Assembly: GCF_001194135.2 (NCBI RefSeq)
Contig: NC_069001.1
Location: forward strand, 3,514,735-3,578,734
Reading direction: 5' to 3'
DNA: 64,000 nt
Source: Octopus bimaculoides
Taxonomy: Eukaryota
The first letter of the stretch is position 1; each line of letters begins with the position of its first letter. Position numbers and translations under genes: made by a program. Below, in pieces: positions 1-13,845 of this stretch. Below the pieces are notes generated by a model. The model was not told the origin of the DNA. It did no database searches and saw nothing but the letters and a program-made list of their open reading frames with translations.

Positions 1-363
1 GTCGGGTTATAATGCTAGTGATAATATAAAAATATGAAAAATAAAAAAGATATTATATGGTTAATTATTCTGTATTGGGATCAAGTTATGACTAATATTA
101 TTAAGGAGACACTTAAAATAGTAAAAATGGCTTTTAAAAAGGACAATAGTTATTCAAATATAGTTTCCAATAAAACCATAAGACTGGCACTGAAGTAATT
201 TTACATTTAGTAAAATGAAGTATTGAACCCCTAACTCCTGAATCAAATAACCACACAATTTTATTTCTAAAGCACTTGAATAGACTATATAAATAATTTT
301 TTTTAAAAATAAATAAAAAATAAAAAATAATGCAATAATTTAAATAAAATAAATATATGAATT

Positions 364-611
364 TTACTTGTTTCAGTCATTTGACTGCACTCATGCTGGA
401 GCACCGCCTTTAGTCGAGCAAATTGACCCCAAGACTTATTAATTGTAAGCCTAGTACTTATTCTATCAGTCTCATTTGCCGAACTGCTAAGTTACAGGGA
501 CGTAAACACACCAGCATTGATTGTCAAGTGACATTGGGGGGGACAAACACAGACACACAAACATATACACACACATACATATATATGATGGGCTTCTTTC
601 AGTTTCTGTCT
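364..611 (-). mobile_element. SINE family A (tRNA-headed), 3' half plus central microsatellite
   Basis: ttgtttcagtcatttgactgc..atgctggagcaccgcc..gggacgtaaacacacc..gggggacaaacacagacac..gggcttctttcagtttc is shared with the full-length copies at 28334 and 58697. Confidence 0.85.
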
Positions 612-635
612 GAACTCAAGACCATATACCTGCAA

Positions 636-726
636 AGCAGAAAGGCAAAGTTGACCTCAGCAGGATTTGATCTGAGTGCAGACCTTGAGACATTCTATAC
701 GAGACATTCTAAGAATTCTACCAATT
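636..726 (-). mobile_element. SINE family B fragment
   Basis: gaaaggcaaagttgacctcagcaggatttga is the reverse complement of the family B core seen at 38030..38245. Confidence 0.65.
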
Positions 727-1544
727 TGTTACCTTACTGTCATTCAAAAACTAATGACACACCAGATAATGTAGACCTAAATGTATCATGTTTGGAGAAA
801 AAAAAAAGAAAGATGGACAGAAAGAAATGGGTAATCACTTCTTAAATATCTTCCATCATACATCAGCTTGATCAGACCTAGCCTGGGGTTAATCAGCATC
901 AATACACATATACCCAATTATTACTACCAGTACAAATTATATAACATTATGAATACACAATCACACAAACTGCAGCCACTACACATACCTAGATATAATC
1001 ACCAGTGAATATATGTGGTGATATATTATATAATATAATATACATATTCTATTTACATATATTATATAATAATGTAATAGATATTATATAATAGTATATA
1101 TATATATTATATATATTATATAATATATCCAGATAAACTACCACCACCACATATACACATCTATTACCATAGCCACCACCTATTATATAAAATGATAAAT
1201 ACACTATCACATTAACTACTACTACAATTACATCTCCTCAGCTATTACCACTAGTATATATCATATAATGTCATGTAAGTTAACAAGGGAACCTCTACAT
1301 AATCTAACAGAGCTTGTTTTCACATCACTTCACAATTACTCATCCTTATTTACACTGATGGTAATGTATTTCATATATGAGTGTTCTGTAGTTAATCTGT
1401 ATGTGTGTGTAGGTAAATATATGATCCATGGATTGCAGCCATGCTAGGGCACCACCTACTTAGTCTGGAACTAATTTTCTTAACTGAATGGTTAAGAATG
1501 CCTTTGGTGTAAAGAAACACAAAATACTTTTACTTGTCACAGTG

Positions 1545-1547
<3 letters not shown>

Positions 1548-1592
<45 letters not shown>
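1548..1592. repeat. (CA)n microsatellite
   Basis: Direct reading. Confidence 0.95.
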
Positions 1593-1597
<5 letters not shown>

Positions 1598-4500
1598 TGT
1601 GTGTATGCCCAATAGGTCCTTGCACAGTCTGTCACCAAAATTTCACTCACAAGGCATTGGTCAACTCAAGGCTAATACCTTAGGCATTTGCCATAGGTGC
1701 TGCATATCGCTTCAAAGCAAATATCTTAATCATGCAGGTGCATGTGTGTGAGTGTGTGCATGCATGTGTGTGTACATGTGTATGTGGGTGTCATATAAAT
1801 TAATACAAATCAATAGGAATTCATGAAAATGAAGGGATTTCCATAGATGTGTGGAGAAGGATTACATATGATACTTGGATGATGCAGTTGGAAGGGAAGC
1901 TTGGAGGTGAGGTGTGCAACAAAATGGGACAGCTGAGAATGACAACATGCCAATAGATGAAGACTATAAAGCGGTGAAGGAGGGTAGTAGTCAGTATGTT
2001 GTAAGGAACAGTAGAAGTAAATAGAGGATAAAGCAGTGCTGATGAGCCAGAGAGCAGGAGTTATGTTACAGTTACACTTTATGTATGCGTATTTGTCCAT
2101 GTGTATGTGTGTGTGCATGTACATGTCTAGTGTGTGAGTTGTTTTATATATATATACATATATAATTTTGCATATGCTTGCCATACTGGCATGGATTAGA
2201 CAGGTTGTTGTCGCAGTCTGAGTTAGTTCCTATTTGGATATTTGGAGTTACTGCCTTCCTAACAGTTGAAGGATCACATCTTATTTGCAGAACAAATGGC
2301 ATGCTCAGCCATGCATTTCAGTCATGACTGCAATGGCATTGCAACAGAGAATGGCCAATGACACTTGCTACATCAGCCACTCCACTTCATAGGGCTCATT
2401 TCTCAGATTGGCCACCCTTATCCTGATTTTGCAGAGGTAATCAGTAATATGGGGTTCAATAACACCTGAGGAACCAACAGCAGCCAGCACAAACTGATAG
2501 TAGTTGGTCAGGTCCCTGTGTTCATTTTTCTCTCTTCTGCATTACAGGCAGTGATATCTGGGTTTCCATCAGCCAATTCCAATACTGTATTAGAAGTTGT
2601 GGGTAAGATGCTACATTGTTTAAAAAGGGGGTCTAAAAAGGGAGATGAAAATGAAAGGTAGGGCTGGAAATGTGGGACGGTAGGGGATACAAACAATTTT
2701 GTTTAAATATCTAAGAAATACATGTCACAAAATCTGAGAATAAAATGTTAATTGGTGACAGAATTACATTACATATTCAAACATGTACACACATACATAC
2801 ATGTGTGAAAGCAGATATGCTCACAGAGCATTCTGTAAAGCATATTACATGCTCACACGCACAGATTAACAAACACACACAATATATACATCATACAAGC
2901 ACTCACAATACATTTACAGCACACAAACTCATGCATATACTATACAGTCACAATGAACAAACAATACATACACCATATATTCACTGTACACAAATACACA
3001 CATACATACATTGACACACCATACAGTCAATGTATACAAATATACACATACAGCACACACACACACACCCTACATACATACAGACACAAAAAATGTTCTC
3101 ATTTTGAAGTTTGTACTTCAATAAAATCACATCTTGTAAGAGAGATTAGTATTGAATTACAAAACAGTAATTATTTTTCTTAATGGTAACTTTGAGGGAA
3201 TGAAGAAATCAAAGGAACTAGTGTCAAATCTCTGTCTGGGAGTTGTGTAGAATGGTGTTTAGTTCTTTAGAAATTACTGTGAAAGAGGAGAGGGAGGAGT
3301 GGACAAGGGAGAAGGATAGATGAGAGGGTGGATAAAGATTGATACATAATGAAGTGGATATATATATATATATATATATGAATAGCTATATCGATAGATA
3401 GATAAATGGACAGGTAGACAGGACAGTATATAGATAAGTAATATGGTTAGAAAGATAAGTAGAGAGAGATGGGTAAGTAGAGATAGGTAGATAGGCAGCT
3501 GGACACTTAGATATGCTGGTTTGTAAGGAAATAGAGCAGAGCAAGCTACTTGTGGTCACACATCCACAAAACAAACCTATCTTTGTAGATCTTCTTTCAA
3601 AAGACTGAGACATATTTAAAGATGAGAAGAGGAGGGGAGGAAATATCAACAGCCAAGAAATCTCCTATTATCACATCCTGAGATTATTGGCAGAGGTGAG
3701 ACATGGAATATCCTTCCATCATATACACATATGCACACACGTGCGCACGCACGTACACATGCACAAACTTTACTAGTCAAGGAGAGCTGGGAACACAGGT
3801 AGAGAGAGAGAGAGGTGAGAGTTGGTGGGGCTGCTGTATGATGATCTGTCCTGGTTTGCAAGAGAATTTTTAGCATAATTCTTTTACTACTTTCAGGCTG
3901 GGGTTCCAAGAGATTTTAGTTGGTCATATCAACTCTAGTACTTATTTTATCGATATCTATTTATCAAATGGCTAGCTTTCTGATTTAACAATAATAATCT
4001 GGGTTAATAATAACAGTTCTGATACCAACCTCCCCTGTACCATCATCATCATAACCAGCTCACTCTAATATGTTCCCTTCTCTATCACTCCTCCACACAC
4101 ACACACATATCCAACCTGACTCAAGTACTCACTCATACTCACACATTACAGTGACTCTCAACTGCTGTCTACCAGCCACAGCTATGCAGTGTCTACTTCT
4201 ACCAATCTTCTATTGATTGATTCTGATGTCTTTCTTAATAAATCCGCTATTGTATTGATTGCTTAAAGGAAGAAGCTTCTCTGTAGACATTCTATCAATC
4301 AGCTGTGTAGTATCTTAAGCAATGTGCCACAAATAGAAGAGAACTGTGTGTGAATGCACGTGCTTGTGTGCGTGTGCATGTGGATTTCTTTTTGTTGTTG
4401 TTGCACTGCACAAACAACGGTGAAGGAGGACTTCCATTCCAAGTTCCTTCCCATCTTCATGGTGTTGGCTGAAAAAAATAGAATTTCTTCACTTTTTATT

Positions 4501-4709
4501 CCTGACTCTGTTTTAATCTGTTTTATGTTTGTTTTCTTCTACTTCTTAAATATTCAGATATCTCTGACCTACAGTGGTTTAATTGCTGTGTGGCAGGGGG
4601 GGGGACGTAGGATTGTGCACAGAGATATGGCTGCATAAACTCTCTCACACAACACATACATGCAAAAACATACACACACACGTATGTATAAAAATCTCTC
4701 ACACTCTCT

Positions 4710-4810
<101 letters not shown>

Positions 4811-4844
4811 CATATATACATACATACATACACACACATACTTT

Positions 4845-5200
4845 ATCATCATCGTCATCATCATTTTACTTCACATTTCCATGTGTACATTAAATGGATG
4901 GGTACCTTCCAGCACAGTGTTTCATCACTTGTCACAGTCCTGTTATCTCCTTTGTGAGGTTCAGCCTCTTGAGATCAGCCTTACACCTTTTCTTCCCATG
5001 TCTTGCTTGGTCTTCTTTAGATTCATTCCACTTGGATCACACTGCACTTCTATACCAGTTTGCCTACCTCCATATGCATCAGTAGATCTGTACCAGCTCC
5101 ATCTTCTCTCAGGCATACTACATCTGATTTCTTTTCTACTCAGTTTTTCTCAGTTCATTTGTGCTCCATCGTTCATACAAATTACATTACACAACCAGTA
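4845..5200 (-). mobile_element. 3' end of a decayed RTE-clade LINE with (GAT)n tail
   Basis: The minus strand translates with frameshifts as EIRCSMPERRWSWY...[24 protein letters not shown], matching the RTE ORF2 C-terminus (ERRLRWYGH..GRPRKTW..V..DL..L.LT). It ends in catggaaatgtgaagtaaaatgatgatgacgatgatgat. Confidence 0.8.
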
Positions 5201-5234
5201 GTGCATACTTATTTTATTTCTTTCCAACCTATGT

Positions 5235-5395
5235 AGTTGGCAAAAACATTAGCTTCACAACCATGTCATTTCAAGTTTAAGCTAACAATTCTGTACTAAG
5301 TAATTGTCTTCAACCATAGCATCTGGCTAACCAAGTGCCTTGTGAGTGAAATTAGGTAGACAGAATCTATGTGCAAGACGATGGTATACATACAC
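5235..5395 (+). mobile_element. SINE family A head fragment (degenerate)
   Basis: gtcttcaaccatagc..ccaagtgccttgtgagtgaaattaggtagacagaa matches the family A body. Confidence 0.6.
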
Positions 5396-5400
5396 ACACA

Positions 5401-5565
5401 ACATCATCATCTTAACTCCATTTTCCATGTTGGCATGAGATGGATGATTTGACAAAATCCAGCAAAATGCAAGGTTGTATCAAGCTCCAAAATCAAATTT
5501 GGTGTTGTTTCTGTGGTTTGATGCTCTTCCTAACGCTAACCACTTAACTGTGTGTACTGGGTGAA
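5401..5565 (-). mobile_element. SINE family C fragment with (GAT)n tail
   Basis: catcatcatc..ttttccatgttggcatg..gatgctcttcctaacgctaaccac is the reverse complement of the family C core gtggttggtgttaggaagagcatccagc. Confidence 0.75.
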
Positions 5566-6696
5566 GTTGCCAACTAACTTGCAAGGCAGGAAAAGAGCAG
5601 GTGGAAGTCCTTTTGACTAAGTGGTGGTGGGTAGTTTTTGAGATGGTGGAGTGGCTTTATGTCAGGTGTTGAAAGACTAAAGTATAATAAAGGGATATGT
5701 GCAAATGTCATGCTACAAAGAAGATACATGGTTACCCTGTATTACATAAGTGTGGGTGAGAGCAGTTGAGAAGAAGATAAAGATGGTAGTGATGGGGAGT
5801 GAGAGCAAGCCCTAGAGATACAAGAAGATGAGCATAAGACTGTAGATTGGGAGGGAGAAAGGAGGTTAGTTTCATAAAAGTGTAAGGGGGGTGTAATATA
5901 TAGAGATTGGCAGGGTTGATGGTGAATGTGGTGAGTGACGAATAAGGATGCAATTGATGGGAAATACTAGTAGGGAGAGGGTGTAAGGTGAGAAGAGTGG
6001 AAATGGTTCAGGAATAATAGATCAGGAAGTAGAGGGGGTGATGTGCAAGGTGTAGGAGCAGAAAGGAGAGAGAGACATGGAGGTACATATAGTGAGAGTG
6101 AGAGAGGGTGTGATGGCAGGTATGAGAGGGCATGGTGAATGATAACAGATGTGTATAGATGCATGTGCATATCTTTTGCTGATTGACAAAGGAAGCAAAC
6201 ATCAGTGAAAAGCCAGTACTCTTCAAACAAATTCCTTTGCACCAAGTTACAGACACTCCTTTGTCACTGTTGCTATCAGAAATGCATTGAACCAGTGATT
6301 GGTCTGTTGGAAAACTATCACAAACTGTGATATAAAAACAAGTGGGGAGAGACAAGAAGAGAGATGGCTGGAAGTAAAAATCATTAGATGATAGGGACAG
6401 ATGGTATATCGTTGGGAGCACATTATTAGAAACAGTGAAACAGTAACAGACTAGCAACAGTTAATTCAGTGTTAGCCCTCTCAGAGCAATGTTGAACTCC
6501 ATGAAACCTCAAAAATTTATGTGTCTAGGTTTCCAATTGATTCAGGTATTTGTTCTAATATAGGCTTAATCAAGTTTACATTATTTACATTATAGAACTG
6601 TATTAATCAAGTTTATTGCTAATTAATTTCTGCTGTAAGCTGTTGTCACACCTATATTCTTTCTGGTATTACCTCTCTATTATTAACAGGAGTCAC

Positions 6697-6742
<46 letters not shown>

Positions 6743-7663
6743 NNNNNNNNNNNNNNNNNNNNNNNNNNNNNNNNNNNNNNNNNNNNNNNNNNNNNNNNNN
6801 NNNNNNNNNNNNNNNNNNNNNNNNNNNNNNNNNNNNNNNNNNNNNNNNNNNNNNNNNNNNNNNNNNNNNNNNNNNNNNNNNNNNNNNNNNNNNNNNNNNN
6901 NNNNNNNNNNNNNNNNNNNNNNNNNNNNNNNNNNNNNNNNNNNNNNNNNNNNNNNNNNNNNNNNNNNNNNNNNNNNNNNNNNNNNNNNNNNNNNNNNNNN
7001 NNNNNNNNNNNNNNNNNNNNNNNNNNNNNNNNNNNNNNNNNNNNNNNNNNNNNNNNNNNNNNNNNNNNNNNNNNNNNNNNNNNNNNNNNNNNNNNNNNNN
7101 NNNNNNNNNNNNNNNNNNNNNNNNNNNNNNNNNNNNNNNNNNNNNNNNNNNNNNNNNNNNNNNNNNNNNNNNNNNNNNNNNNNNNNNNNNNNNNNNNNNN
7201 NNNNNNNNNNNNNNNNNNNNNNNNNNNNNNNNNNNNNNNNNNNNNNNNNNNNNNNNNNNNNNNNNNNNNNNNNNNNNNNNNNNNNNNNNNNNNNNNNNNN
7301 NNNNNNNNNNNNNNNNNNNNNNNNNNNNNNNNNNNNNNNNNNNNNNNNNNNNNNNNNNNNNNNNNNNNNNNNNNNNNNNNNNNNNNNNNNNNNNNNNNNN
7401 NNNNNNNNNNNNNNNNNNNNNNNNNNNNNNNNNNNNNNNNNNNNNNNNNNNNNNNNNNNNNNNNNNNNNNNNNNNNNNNNNNNNNNNNNNNNNNNNNNNN
7501 NNNNNNNNNNNNNNNNNNNNNNNNNNNNNNNNNNNNNNNNNNNNNNNNNNNNNNNNNNNNNNNNNNNNNNNNNNNNNNNNNNNNNNNNNNNNNNNNNNNN
7601 NNNNNNNNNNNNNNNNNNNNNNNNNNNNNNNNNNNNNNNNNNNNNNNNNNNNNNNNNNNNNNN
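6743..7663. other. Assembly gap (N run); other gaps at 11752..12365, 19236..19245, 24908..24963, 43755..43792, 46297..47109, 54242..54371, 62446..62561
   Basis: N characters; most gaps are flanked by (TA)n or (CT)n. Confidence 1.
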
Positions 7664-7698
<35 letters not shown>

Positions 7699-8245
7699 CT
7701 GGGAAAGGAGATCTATCTACTCTTATCTGTATAAAACTGATTTATTTATACACATACACGCACACACACACACACACCACAAGCAGACGCTAACACATAC
7801 AGGATTATATCAGTGATCATCTTTATCAAACACAAAATATTACATGAGTAAATAATTAAAATTATCTTAGAGATCTTCAGAATTTATTTCTCAGTTACAT
7901 AACTGCTAAAGAATTTTATCTATTGTTGTTGTTGTTGAATTAAATAGTACATATTTAAAGATTAAAAAAAAAAAAAAAGAAAAAAAGAGATTCAAATCTA
8001 ACACTTCTGACAGCATTCATAGCATCACTGCTTTTAACCTTCTCTTAAATTTCCAAACAATATTACTCATTTATTGTCATTTTTGCTGGGTTATTTTTTT
8101 TTTTAATCTTTTCCTCAGAATTTTTCAACACTTTTACAAGCTTTGAATTATTAAATAGTTAAAGTAAAAAAAAAAAAACGAATAAATAAATAAAAACTCT
8201 TGTAACAAATAAGATACTTTTTGCAGTGATGTAGCAATGAAGTAT

Positions 8246-8246
<1 letters not shown>

Positions 8247-8283
<37 letters not shown>
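8247..8283. repeat. (GTA)n microsatellite
   Basis: Direct reading. Confidence 0.9.
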
Positions 8284-8284
<1 letters not shown>

Positions 8285-8671
8285 CACACCCACCCCAGAC
8301 TGTTTCTTCATTGGTATCTGATAAAAAGCAAAATGTAATAAAATAATAAAAATTAAGGCTAAAATTCTCTATTTTATTTTGTTTTGTTTTATCATTGTAT
8401 TTAGTAATCTAATGGAAGGATTTTATTTAATGACTTTCAGAAAAATGCATCCAACAAGAATATTTTCTGACAGTTTGATAGAAAGAAATTTTTTTGAAAA
8501 ATAAATAAACAAATAAAACTCGTCAACCGAGCTTAATTATTTCAGTCAAAATAAAACGTCAGTTAACATTGACAGAGAATCACAGTTCCTGAATGTGGTA
8601 AATCATATTCTAAACAAATGGCACAGCAGTGCCTACCAAATAATGGGCAAATGTATATGTATATATATATA

Positions 8672-8783
8672 TGGCATTAGGAACAGCATCCAGCTGCATG
8701 AACCATGCCAAATCAAACTGGAACTTGGTGCAGCTCTCTGGCTTACCAGCTCCAGTCAACCTGTTTAACCCATGCCAGCATGG
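8672..8783 (+). mobile_element. SINE family C fragment
   Basis: ggcattaggaacagcatccagctg..aacccatgccagcatgg. Confidence 0.75.
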
Positions 8784-10191
8784 CTATAGTAGAAGACACT
8801 TGTCAAAGCATAGAATAAACAACCCACATCAATTGTTCTGTCAAAACACTGTATCCTTCAGAAAATCAATGCTTCCCAAAATTCACCAACAGTACTCCTG
8901 ACATGCCCATTATACTCTCTCCTCTTCATGGCTCTCTAATTGTTTAGTTTTCTATCTTGTGTCTTATCCTGTGTATTATGCATGTACTTTTGGCTATCAT
9001 TAGTCTTTATTTTACTTGACTTATTACTGACTTCCATCCCTCTTTTTAAAAAAGTTGTAGTGCACTGGAACACTATATACAATAAACACATTATTACATT
9101 TGGAGGAGTGCAGAGAGACTCTTTATTTATTTAGTTTGGATGATATTCAAAATCTAACAGCAAACAGGGCAGATCACCACCACCACCATGAAACTCCCAA
9201 AAGAATATGGTCTTTTGAGAGTGGGCATATGGCTTGTGAATGTATGGAATATGGGATTATAGTTAGCGTTCTCCTGCAACCAGGTCAGCTCAATCTCCCC
9301 TTCCCCACCGTACAACCTGTTCCCTAAAAAATAAAGGCTTTTTGTAATATTTTTCTTTACTTACTAACTTACGCTGTAATGGTAATTTGTAACTTACAAG
9401 CAAAGAATACAGTCAATTATATCATCCCTAAGTACATAACTGGTATTTATTTATTTATTTATGTGTTTCAGCCAAGTGGCTGCGGTCATGCTGGTGCACC
9501 ACTATCCCTGTATATGACTAATATAGTCAATTATATCTACCATTTGCAGTCATAACTGGTATTGTTACTTATATTTACCATCTTCAAGTACATGATTGGT
9601 ATAGTCAATTATACTAACTCTCAGAAACATGAAAGGTAAAATCAATTGTGTAAATATAATTAATAAGCTAAATTTCAACCAAAATGAAAATTATAATTGA
9701 CTAGAAAGTATATGTGTGGCAGGTGGATATGTGAGCAGGAATGCATGTGTGTTAGAGTGTATGCATGCAAGTGTTTGCATGAGCAAAAGTGCACATGTGT
9801 GAGGGTGTATGAATGAGCATGTGTTCAAATGCAAGAGCACCAGATGTAGAATATCAAAAGTAAGATCTCTGCTAGGTACATGTAGTATCAAAGTACAATA
9901 ACTTCTGAGTAAGTGTATCTTGTAATATGTAGTACATTAAGGGTAAGTTAGCTTGCAAAAACACATTCCTCATCAATCCTTGCTTATTTGTCGTAAAATG
10001 TAGCTGCTTCCTAAGCAGGTGAGAGATAAAAAAAAAAATCATAAAATTCCTTCTGGTCATGTCATCAGCATATCGTAACTAAAATTTCTCAGACAATCTA
10101 TTACTTACCTCAGACATCCCAGGTGAACTAAGACAATGTAGAATAAACCACTGTGAATCAACATTAGTGGTAATATTTGAACTCAGGTGAT

Positions 10192-11345
10192 AGATTGGCA
10201 AAATAGTTTCAGCTTTGGGCAAAATGCTTTGCTGTGTTTTAGCTATGTTCCTTTACATTCTGCGTTCCAATTCTGCCTTTCATCTTTCTATGGTTGCAAA
10301 TATCAAATACCAGTCAAGTATTGGGGATCAATTTAATCAACTATACCCTCCATTCAAATTTGCAAGTATTAGAAATATAAATAGTTGGTAGGACACTACA
10401 AGCTAATGAATACACATCAATTATAAAGGCCTTAACTTAAACTCTAGCTCTCACTGCAGATAGAACTGCAACATACCACACCTAGTTTTCAAATTCTATA
10501 AATTTACAGAATTTGAAAACTAGGTGTCTCAACCACGGACACAACAAAGTATTAGAAAGGAACAAGAAATCCATTTCCAATATTGGCAGTAAGAAAAAAA
10601 AAAAAGGAAGCTTAGATAGCCATAAACTTAAATATAAATATAGAGGTGCATCAGCAGAACCAGCAGAGGTGACAGACAAGATACCTTGTGATATTTATTT
10701 GAGTAGTTTTATATCCAGAGTTCAAATTACACAAGGTCAACTTCGCCTTTCATCCTTCCAGGGTCAATAACATAAGTAACAATTGAGTATAGTGAGGAGA
10801 AGGGGAAATCAATCTAATCAACTCTACTCATTCCCTCGTGTCTATATCAGAAATCAATATAGAACCAGTCTCACTGATATTAACATAGGGAGAAAATTAA
10901 TTAGATCACAGTTATTTTATCATGAACTTGTCGCTAGATTCATTGTTGTGGAATACTGTGAAAACTAAACTTATTGGGAAAAAAAATAGGTCTTGCCAAT
11001 ATTCTCTAGTGAAAATCTAACTGGCTTGTGTAGAACTGGATTGAGGATTCTATAATAAATTATTATTGCTTGCTTTCTTTTCATCAGTGCCAATAGAAAT
11101 ATATAACTGGTGTTTGAAGTGATAATATTCAGAATTAATTATACCATCGGTTTCTAAATCATATGTTAGATATAACCGTCTATAAAAAAAAGTACAATTG
11201 AGCAGTAGACATTGGTAGGACACGAAACTAGCTAACAGTATTATTCAATCTAGCTTTACTACATTCTGAGCTCGAACTCCAGTAGAATTGACTTTACTCT
11301 CTACTTATCTGCATCTCTTGATGTTGGTAGAATACGTACCAGTAA
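10192..11345 (+). mobile_element. Cluster of three degenerate SINE family B copies (about 10192..10375, 10700..10845, 11200..11345)
   Basis: Each carries variants of gagttcaaat..gaggtcaactttgcctttcatcc..gtacca. Confidence 0.6.
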
Positions 11346-11707
11346 TACTTCAACTGAAATTCAATTAAATTAATTACAGAATTTCTCTATGAAATTGACT
11401 GTTCTACCTAATTAAGTGACAGAATCTAGTTTTAAACCTTTGATGAGGCACTATGAATGTAAAAGTATGGTACTGCTGCTTGACCACTGACTAAAAGGTG
11501 AAACTTTGTTGTAACAGGCTGATTTTGAACAGCTGACCAATCTTTTATCTTCCACTTATTTCAGTCATTAGACTGCAGCCATGCTGGGGCACCACCTAAA
11601 AGAATTTTTTTTAGTTGAATGAACTGACACTATTATTCACATTATTTCTCTACTTGACTAAGTTTGTTACATATATATATAAATACATACATACATATAT
11701 ATCTATA

Positions 11708-11751
<44 letters not shown>

Positions 11752-13344
11752 NNNNNNNNNNNNNNNNNNNNNNNNNNNNNNNNNNNNNNNNNNNNNNNNN
11801 NNNNNNNNNNNNNNNNNNNNNNNNNNNNNNNNNNNNNNNNNNNNNNNNNNNNNNNNNNNNNNNNNNNNNNNNNNNNNNNNNNNNNNNNNNNNNNNNNNNN
11901 NNNNNNNNNNNNNNNNNNNNNNNNNNNNNNNNNNNNNNNNNNNNNNNNNNNNNNNNNNNNNNNNNNNNNNNNNNNNNNNNNNNNNNNNNNNNNNNNNNNN
12001 NNNNNNNNNNNNNNNNNNNNNNNNNNNNNNNNNNNNNNNNNNNNNNNNNNNNNNNNNNNNNNNNNNNNNNNNNNNNNNNNNNNNNNNNNNNNNNNNNNNN
12101 NNNNNNNNNNNNNNNNNNNNNNNNNNNNNNNNNNNNNNNNNNNNNNNNNNNNNNNNNNNNNNNNNNNNNNNNNNNNNNNNNNNNNNNNNNNNNNNNNNNN
12201 NNNNNNNNNNNNNNNNNNNNNNNNNNNNNNNNNNNNNNNNNNNNNNNNNNNNNNNNNNNNNNNNNNNNNNNNNNNNNNNNNNNNNNNNNNNNNNNNNNNN
12301 NNNNNNNNNNNNNNNNNNNNNNNNNNNNNNNNNNNNNNNNNNNNNNNNNNNNNNNNNNNNNNNNNTTTTTTTTTTTTTTTTTTTGTATAATTTTCTTCAT
12401 TTAATAAATCTTCATTGTGGATAAAATTTGAAAAAGATAGTTTTTGATAAAATACAGAATAAACATTATTTTGGTGTTTTCATTATCAACTACATTAGAC
12501 TGTGATTGACTGTGATTAATGTTAACCCACTTGTCCCCAGTCATTAACCCATTTATCCATAGTTGCTTTGTTAACTCCCTTATGCCCAATTATTGAGTAA
12601 TTCTAAGTATATGAAAGTCATTGTCTGGAATACATGTGTCTGGCAAAGATAACTGAAGAATACTACAAGGAATTGAAAAGACCGTTTTATGGGACAAGTT
12701 AAATGTTTGCTATACAATTTACTATACAGATGCATATTAATTTTAAAAAAATATAACTTGGACTTGCTGCAACATCAGAAAATTATGTGTACAGAGTTAT
12801 TGCCTTATAGAATAATAAGTAAAATGATGTGACAGTTGATGCTAAGATATATGAATCTGTTTTAGCTGAGATAAATTAAGAATATCAAAGAGAATTGGAA
12901 AATATGAAAAGGGTCAAGTCAACAAATGTCATGGACATACATCAATAAAATAGTTAGCATGGACAGGATGGAGTATAAGTAAATTATCATATGGACAAAT
13001 TGTCCTCTAAGTGAAAAAAGAAACTAAAAAAAAGCCATTTTATATTTGTTTTATTGTATAATCTATACGTGTGTAGCATAACCATAATAACTTATGAATA
13101 GAAGTATTGTAATTTATCACTTATAATGTGAACTTAATAGCCAGGATAATTTCATAAGAGTTTCAATTAGTGATGCTATGCAATTAAATAAATTCATTAG
13201 TATATAGATATGCATATATTTATGCATATTATTCAATTCTTTGGTTTTGCTCAATCAATTTGATCCCAGTCCCAACTTAATCTGTAGCTCTCTCTTTGCT
13301 GAACTTATAAGTATTGAAGACATAAACAAATCCACACATAGACA

Positions 13345-13460
13345 CACACACACACATGGAACAGGCCTCTGTACAGTTTCTGACAACTAAATTCACTCAC
13401 AAGGCATTGCTCAACCCCAGCTTATAGTAGAAGACATATTTTCAATGCCCCACACACTGG
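13345..13460 (-). mobile_element. SINE family A fragment
   Basis: aaattcactcacaaggcattg..ttatagtagaagac. Confidence 0.7.
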
Positions 13461-13461
13461 G

Positions 13462-13625
13462 GTGCAGGCATAGCTCAGTGGTTAAGAGTTCACTTCCCAA
13501 ATGTGGATTCAGGTTCAATTCCAGACTGCAGCACATTGAGCAAAGATATTCTACTGCAGCTCTGGCCAACACTTTGTGAGAGAATTTGGCAGACAGAATC
13601 TGTAGCAAACCAGATACACATACAC
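13462..13625 (+). mobile_element. SINE family A head with clear Pol III boxes
   Basis: A box tagctcagtggttaag and B box ggttcaattcc, followed by the family A body (ctttgtgagagaatttggcagacagaa). It has no full cloverleaf, so it is not a tRNA gene. Confidence 0.8.
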
Positions 13626-13808
13626 ACATATATGTATAATAAACAAACATATGCATATACACACATGCATACATGTAGATGCACACACAAGTACACCCAC
13701 ATGCATGAGCATGCACGTATATGCATGCACACATACATGCATATACACATGCATCCGTGCACACATATGCGAGCATGCACACGCACATACGCATACGCAC
13801 ACGCACAT

Positions 13809-13845
<37 letters not shown>

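Noticed and set aside
6616-7698. Long ORFs of 250-360 aa spanning N runs (also 11615..12424, 46070..47168, 54176..54611, 62302..62609)
   Set aside because: They are open only because N codons translate as X.
12520-12960. TTAACCC motifs followed by coding-looking decayed sequence (possible piggyBac relic)
   Set aside because: No matching opposite terminus and no recognisable transposase motif.
13462-13530. tRNA-like sequence with good A and B boxes
   Set aside because: It continues into SINE family A body and lacks a complete cloverleaf, so it is a SINE head rather than a tRNA gene.
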